20,000 nucleotides of DNA, taken from an uncultured virus (IMG/VR IMGVR_UViG_3300035182_002505) (taxonomy: Duplodnaviria > Heunggongvirae > Uroviricota > Caudoviricetes). The notes beneath the pieces are model-generated. The model was not told the DNA's origin. It did not search any database and was given only the letters and a program-made list of their open reading frames with translations. Every line of letters starts with the position of its first letter. Position 1 is the stretch's first letter. Shown here in pieces: positions 15,603-20,000 of the stretch. Location: IMG/VR virus record IMGVR_UViG_3300035182_002505; one strand, 5' to 3'. Made by a program: the position numbers and the translations under genes.

Positions 15603-16379
15603 TTATTTTGCGATTTCGACCTGCTCCATGGCCGACAAATCTGGCTGAAAGAACCCCAGGCTTCCCTTGCACTTCACCGGCTTGACCAGAGGGCGAATGT
15701 TGCTGAGGACCAGGGCGAACCCGCCCATATAGTAGGGGTCGTCCTCGAGCGAGTGATAGACGTCTGTGCCCTGGACACAGCCACCAGGGGCGATGACGTC
15801 GACGACCTTGGCCACGGCGATGAGCGCGCCGAGGGTCAGCGTCTCGGGCGCCGGCAGGACGTCGCTGAGACCCATGTTCGCGATCATTCGCGCGACGTCG
15901 TCGTACTCGCGGCGGGTCATGCTGCTCGAGGCATGAATCAAGAAATCGCCCCGGAAGGATGATCCACCTTTCCAGTCGCGGTTCTCGACGCGCTTGGATC
16001 CGTTCACGATCAGATCGACCCAAGGCTGGCGGATCGACAGAGCCTTCAGACGCATGGGTCGTTGCTGGGACACGGGTGACTCAGTCGGCGGGGTTGGGAG
16101 GCTCTCGTCCGGCTCGGCGGCGACCTTGGCCAGGACATCGCCGTGACAGAGCTTGGGCGCACACCAGCAGCCGAGTTTTTTGCCACGTAGCTCTCGCCTG
16201 GCCTTGGCGACCAGCTCGGGCTGCGACCGGAACCAGGCTTCGTACTTGTCGAGCAGGGTCTGCGTGCGATCGGCCTCCGAGGTGATCCGGAACGGGTTCC
16301 CCCACGGGCCTGGCCGGCCGATGTAGACGAACGACCCCTCCGGGACCTGCTTGCAATGCACAACTAGAGGGTGCGGCAT
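15603..16379 (-). CDS. DUF4326 domain fused to ASCH domain (258 aa)
   Basis: VYIGRPGPWGNPF...LRGKKLGCWCAPKLCHGDVL (DUF4326 signature), Pro-rich linker, then KALSIRQPWVDLIVNGSKRVENRDW...LIHAS...KGSLGFF (ASCH GxKxxExR motif). Confidence 0.88.
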   Translation of the reverse strand: MPHPLVVHCKQVPEGSFVYIGRPGPWGNPFRITSEADRTQTLLDKYEAWFRSQPELVAKARRELRGKKLGCWCAPKLCHGDVLAKVAAEPDESLPTPPTESPVSQQRPMRLKALSIRQPWVDLIVNGSKRVENRDWKGGSSFRGDFLIHASSSMTRREYDDVARMIANMGLSDVLPAPETLTLGALIAVAKVVDVIAPGGCVQGTDVYHSLEDDPYYMGGFALVLSNIRPLVKPVKCKGSLGFFQPDLSAMEQVEIAK

Positions 16380-16385
16380 AGCGGA

Positions 16386-16706
16386 TCAGAAGGGCGGAAG
16401 CGAGATGTGGATCCCCTTGAGGGAGGATACGCCGAGGGTGTAACCGGCGTGCCATGCGACTTTCACCTCGACATCCGTGTGAAGATCTGCCGCGAAGACC
16501 GCATGATCGATCTCGTCCCCGATACCGATGCGTGCTCGTCCAAGGAAAAGAGCGGACATCACCAGGGAATGAAGCATGCACCTCGACTCCTCGGGTGTCT
16601 TGGCGAGAAGAAGAATGCCGGGGGCATTCTCGATCGACCCGTTGACGATGCGAGGAACATCGGCAATGGCCTTGGTAAGAAGTTGTTCGTCTTGTTCGTT
16701 TGGCAT
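16386..16706 (-). CDS. Hypothetical protein (106 aa)
   Basis: AGGTGG before ATG 16706; stop lies 6 nt before the next start; co-oriented in the operon. Confidence 0.65.
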   Translation of the reverse strand: MPNEQDEQLLTKAIADVPRIVNGSIENAPGILLLAKTPEESRCMLHSLVMSALFLGRARIGIGDEIDHAVFAADLHTDVEVKVAWHAGYTLGVSSLKGIHISLPPF

Positions 16707-16737
16707 TTAATCCACCTACGTCTTTCGTCGACTAAAG

Positions 16738-17463
16738 TCAACCAAGATTGGAGCCGATCATCGACACGAAGTGCCGATTCATCCACTGCACCTGCGCGCG
16801 GCGCATCGCCGTGACCCTCCAGGGGCAGTGAAACGACATGTTATCGCTCTCGAGCAGGATGCCGTACCCCTCGGCGACCATGGCCGAGTACGCGAGGTGC
16901 AGGCTGCGCAAGTCCTCGGAGGCGTCGCTCCATGGCACGGTGCCTCTCGGATCATGGGGGCCCATCACGGGCAGGTCGTAGCGCTCCATCCACAGGTCGA
17001 ACGACCGGAAAATCTCCGCGTGCCGCGAGCCGGCTTCGTCGATGGCGAGGAGATCTCGGACTTCGTCACAGTCTGCGGGGTTCTTTGGGATCAGCACGTG
17101 AGAGACCTCGTGCGAGAGGGCGGCTGGCCAGTAGACGGCATCGCGCAGCACGTCATCCTCAAGGTGCCTGCTGCCCAGGGTGGGGCACCAGACGATCGAC
17201 CTGGACTCCCAGTGGATAAAGCTCCCGAGTGGCCCCCTGAACCACCCCTGCGCCTCCTGTCTTGGGCGGAAGGTTCCTCTCACAGAAGCCGGTACGAAGC
17301 CGACTTGAATGGGAACCGACCAGGCGGTCGCCAGCGCGACGACTCGAACGAAGTCCTCGATCATGTTGTGGCGCAACAGCTCTCGTCGCATGTGATCGAT
17401 GGCCGCAGGCATGGGTGGCTTGATCGATGGGAGAGGACCAGGAACGAACAATGAATCAGTCAT
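16738..17463 (-). CDS. Putative zincin-type metalloprotein/metallopeptidase (HEXXH), 241 aa
   Basis: AALSHEVSHVL with a downstream DE as candidate third ligand. ATG 17463 (MTDSLF) is supported by promoter spacing. Confidence 0.55.
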   Translation of the reverse strand: MTDSLFVPGPLPSIKPPMPAAIDHMRRELLRHNMIEDFVRVVALATAWSVPIQVGFVPASVRGTFRPRQEAQGWFRGPLGSFIHWESRSIVWCPTLGSRHLEDDVLRDAVYWPAALSHEVSHVLIPKNPADCDEVRDLLAIDEAGSRHAEIFRSFDLWMERYDLPVMGPHDPRGTVPWSDASEDLRSLHLAYSAMVAEGYGILLESDNMSFHCPWRVTAMRRAQVQWMNRHFVSMIGSNLG

Positions 17464-17470
17464 CAGGCCG

Positions 17471-17498
17471 ATCATACATTGCCCCAAGAAATGGTCAA
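17471..17498 (-). promoter_or_regulatory. Sigma70-type promoter, leaderless for ATG 17463
   Basis: Minus strand TTGACC-16 nt-TATGAT-7 nt-ATG in an AT-rich island. Confidence 0.6.
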
Positions 17499-17519
17499 GA
17501 AATCAGCAATTTTGGAGAT

Positions 17520-17548
17520 TTGCCACGACCTTCACGATCCGATAGAAT
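17520..17548 (+). promoter_or_regulatory. Sigma70-type promoter, leaderless for ATG 17555
   Basis: TTGCCA (17520-17525)-17 nt-TAGAAT (17543-17548)-6 nt-ATG. Confidence 0.6.
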
Positions 17549-17554
17549 CGGTGC

Positions 17555-18243
17555 ATGGCCCAACAGTTTGCGACGTGGCGCACTGCTACACCTCCGACGA
17601 CGAATCGCTCAGGCCGACGGTTCACGGTCACGAAGCCTCATCGCTCGGTGACCTTTCGGACCTGATCAACGGCAACATGGAGCAAGTGGGCAACAACATC
17701 GCCGATGCGATCCAGGCGAAGGTCATTGAGCGGCTCCCTGCCGTCATCGAAAGCGCGACGCCTGCGCTCACCAAGGCGGCAGAAGATGCGTTTGGGGAGG
17801 TCGTCAAAAGCGACGTGTACCAGCAGCATATCAGCGGCCTCATGGAGGAAGCGAAGACCGCAAAGAAGCACGGTCTGATCGCTCTGGCCGTCACCGGAGT
17901 GGCGACGGCTCTGCTCACCTGGGGACTCGTGCGGTACGCGGGGCCGGCGAAGTTATCTGCTCAAAACGGCGGCTCGTCGTTCTCATCCCACGGCACTTCT
18001 TCCTGGTGTGCCGACTTCGGCGGGGCGGGACGGGGGGCAGCGGCCGGACGCCCCACCTTGGTGGCGTTGCGCTTGGACCACGCCCGAGCGCGGGAAGCCT
18101 CGATGCGAGCCCACTTGCTTTTCGGGTTTCCGTGCTTGTCGGTGGCACCCGCCTCGTCGTCCTTTTTCGCCTTCCAGTCAGCGAACCCAGCGATCTGGTT
18201 GAGGTACTCGGGAGGGCACTTCGAGAAGGGCATGTCCTTGTAG
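17555..18243 (+). pseudogene. Small membrane protein gene with uncertain ends (possible frameshift near 17645, possible lost stop at 17953)
   Basis: Protein-like core LGDLSDLINGNMEQVGNNIADAIQ... with TM GLIALAVTGVATALLTWGLVRY in the 17479 frame. The promoter-defined ATG 17555 is in another frame. The frame runs 283 nt antisense into the next gene. Confidence 0.45.
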
Positions 18244-18473
18244 CTGTCACCAGGCCACTTCGGCGGATCCTTGAACACGATCGGGTCGCCGTACTTGGAG
18301 GCGAGGTCTTCGTCGGTGGCGATCGTCCCGGACGGAGGCCCCATCAGCGGATCGTAGGGCTGCGAGGAGCCCGCTGCCCCGACGGATCCAGGCAAGCGTG
18401 CCTCGATGTAATCGAGGCGAGCGGAGATACCGCGGAGGATGAGGAGAATCTCTTCGGTTTTGTCGTTCAGCAT
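17961..18473 (-). CDS. Hypothetical protein (170 aa) with SSB-like acidic C-terminal tip (EEVPWDENDEPPF)
   Basis: Compact core YGDPIVFKDPPKWPGDSY...CPPEYL...RARAW, Pro/Ala linker and acidic tail ending in PF; has its own promoter. Confidence 0.8.
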   Translation of the reverse strand: MLNDKTEEILLILRGISARLDYIEARLPGSVGAAGSSQPYDPLMGPPSGTIATDEDLASKYGDPIVFKDPPKWPGDSYKDMPFSKCPPEYLNQIAGFADWKAKKDDEAGATDKHGNPKSKWARIEASRARAWSKRNATKVGRPAAAPRPAPPKSAHQEEVPWDENDEPPF

Positions 18474-18479
18474 GCATTG

Positions 18480-18507
18480 ACAGTAACACCGGCCGATCAG
18501 ATTTCAA
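18480..18507 (-). promoter_or_regulatory. Sigma70-type extended -10 promoter, leaderless for ATG 18473
   Basis: Minus strand TTGAAA-16 nt (ending TGt)-TACTGT-6 nt-ATG. Confidence 0.55.
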
Positions 18508-18559
18508 GAAGAAAAAAACGGGATCGATCATGCGTCGCGAAAGCATGATCGATCCCGTT
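18506..18559 (-). terminator. Intrinsic (Rho-independent) terminator of 18564..19925
   Basis: Perfect 17-bp inverted repeat (18517-18533 / 18543-18559), 9-nt loop, T7 run on the minus strand, starting 4 nt after the stop codon. Confidence 0.88.
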
Positions 18560-18563
18560 CGGG

Positions 18564-19925
18564 TCACTTCTTCTTGGCGGCGGCTGCCGCATCGGTCGCG
18601 GGACGCTCGAAGCGACTCATCGGAGGTTGGCGATCCGGACCACCTTCCTTGCTCACGGGAGCCAGCTCTTCGGCGAGCATCCGCTCGATCAGGTTGGCCT
18701 TCAGAATCGAGGCATCGAGCCGCAGGTCACTCCATTGCTTTCCCGAGCTGGCGTTCTTGAGTTCCGCGGGGAACCGCTGCTCGAGCATCTTGGCGAAGGT
18801 GACGGCGTTCTGCTGACGGGTGAACGTCTCGATCCACTCGCCACCGGAAACCAGGAGCACCTTGTACTTCGGCTTTTCGGTTCCGGTGTTGTTGTCCTCG
18901 ACGACGATGACGTAGCGCAGGCCATCTGCGGGGCCCGCGACAAGCGGCATGCGGCGCTCGGGCACGACAACCATGGTGCCATCGATCGGGTTTTTCGACC
19001 GCTGGGTAGATGATGGCGTGCGCGAATGCCTTGGAGAAAGCTCCGGGCCGACCAGCAGAATGGGGTTTCCCTCGCGAATGATGGCTTCTGATCCGTCCGT
19101 GAAGGCGCCGTCGTCTTCCGTTAGCTGGTCAGGGGACACGTTGTGTTTCGGATGGAGCGCGATCACGGACGTGCCGGCCGCGTGCTGACGGTCGGTGAGT
19201 TCGCCCTTCTTCCACGCCTTGTTCAGCGTCGCGAGGCGAGCCTCCACCTTCTTCATCGCTGCTTGCTCTTCCTTGCTCGCTGCCTTCTTCTTGGCGGTCG
19301 GCTTCTTCTTGCCCCCCGGGCTTGCCTCAGCCTTCGCCGCCATCTGCCGGTACTGCTGACGAAGCGTCGCAAGCTCCTTCCTGATCTCGGAGAGATTGGA
19401 CTCTAGCTTCTTAGTCGACTTGCTGCTCTCGGAAGCCTTCTTCGGCGCAGCCTTCTTGCCAGCAGCCTTCGTTTTCGCGGGGAACATGGTGAGAGAAATT
19501 CCCTGCGCCTTTCGCTCCGCGGGCGTCATGGCCATCGCCGCCTTCACGTAGGCGGCCATCTTCGCGGCGAAGACTTTCTCTTCCTTGGTGCCCGTCAGGT
19601 CATGCCAGCCCCCAGGATCCTTCTTCGTAGGGGCCTTCTTGCCGGGGCGCCCCTTGGTGGCGGGACCCTTCGAGGACTTGGCGTTCGCAGCATCCTTCTT
19701 TGAGATCTGGTTCTTGTAGCGCTCGGCGGTCCCGGCCGGGCACTCGGCGAGGACCTTGTTCAGCTCGCCGGTGAGCGCCGCCACTTGGAAGAGCTGCCCG
19801 ATCTGTTCGTCGGAGCTGGCCAAAGCGAAGTCGTGGTTCTTGCTCAGCGTCTTGTAGATGCTGTCGAGCGTCGGCGAGTGGAACTCGAGGAGCGCGTCCT
19901 CGATGGTGAGCGGGGTGGTGTGCAT
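18564..19925 (-). CDS. Hypothetical protein (453 aa) with Lys/Ala-rich histone-like centre and coiled coil; paralog of 6339..6932
   Basis: ATG 19925 (MHTTPL). KKAAPKKA and KKKPTAKKKAA segments; N- and C-terminal domains align by eye with 6339..6932. Confidence 0.82.
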   Translation of the reverse strand: MHTTPLTIEDALLEFHSPTLDSIYKTLSKNHDFALASSDEQIGQLFQVAALTGELNKVLAECPAGTAERYKNQISKKDAANAKSSKGPATKGRPGKKAPTKKDPGGWHDLTGTKEEKVFAAKMAAYVKAAMAMTPAERKAQGISLTMFPAKTKAAGKKAAPKKASESSKSTKKLESNLSEIRKELATLRQQYRQMAAKAEASPGGKKKPTAKKKAASKEEQAAMKKVEARLATLNKAWKKGELTDRQHAAGTSVIALHPKHNVSPDQLTEDDGAFTDGSEAIIREGNPILLVGPELSPRHSRTPSSTQRSKNPIDGTMVVVPERRMPLVAGPADGLRYVIVVEDNNTGTEKPKYKVLLVSGGEWIETFTRQQNAVTFAKMLEQRFPAELKNASSGKQWSDLRLDASILKANLIERMLAEELAPVSKEGGPDRQPPMSRFERPATDAAAAAKKK

Positions 19926-20000
19926 GCTGGTGATCGCTTTGTACCAGAGCCGCGAGAAACATCCTAACCGCCGTACAATCACTGTTGGGGGGGGGCCGGC

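Larger units (their letters stand above)
1..20000. mobile_element. Probable virus/provirus or large mobile-element segment (boundaries outside the window)
   Basis: Mostly orphan genes packed with overlapping or abutting start and stop codons, plus a serine recombinase, holin-like protein, amidase-like protein, DUF4326-ASCH and an isolated tmk. No housekeeping operon. No hallmark virion gene is visible, so the element type is inferred. Confidence 0.6.

Noticed and set aside
15544..16023. Upstream half of ORF 15007..16023
   Set aside because: Lies off-frame within the ASCH domain; a clear SD supports ATG 15543.
1..20000. tRNA, rRNA or known structured ncRNA genes
   Set aside because: Intergenic spaces are short and I saw no cloverleaf or rRNA-like sequence; a covariance-model scan was not possible.

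Overview
A GC-rich, very compact 20 kb stretch of about 21 mostly uncharacterised genes with bacterial expression signals: sigma70-like promoters, some Shine-Dalgarno sites and one clear intrinsic terminator. Gene content suggests a segment of a virus, provirus or other large mobile element rather than core chromosome. It includes a serine recombinase, an MqsA-like Zn-finger/HTH regulator, a holin-like coiled-coil protein, thymidylate kinase with a long N-terminal extension, a tail-anchored CHAP/NlpC-P60-like amidase, a DUF4326-ASCH fusion, an HEXXH protein and a protein with an SSB-like acidic tail. No capsid, terminase, portal or tail gene is visible. The centrepiece is a 6.4 kb tandem array of four diverged paralogous proteins (7098-13458) with no signal peptide and a C-terminal membrane anchor. 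They carry covarying Cys pairs and nucleotide-identical 54 bp and 49 bp blocks; in copies 3 and 4 these flank an equal-length 101 bp segment that is only about half identical, a constant-variable-constant layout suggesting gene conversion or cassette exchange. Other observations: a second paralog pair 12 kb apart, recurrent leaderless promoters, two divergent genes sharing one CATG, and a membrane gene with an apparent frameshift and lost stop. All family assignments are by eye from motifs; no database searches were run.
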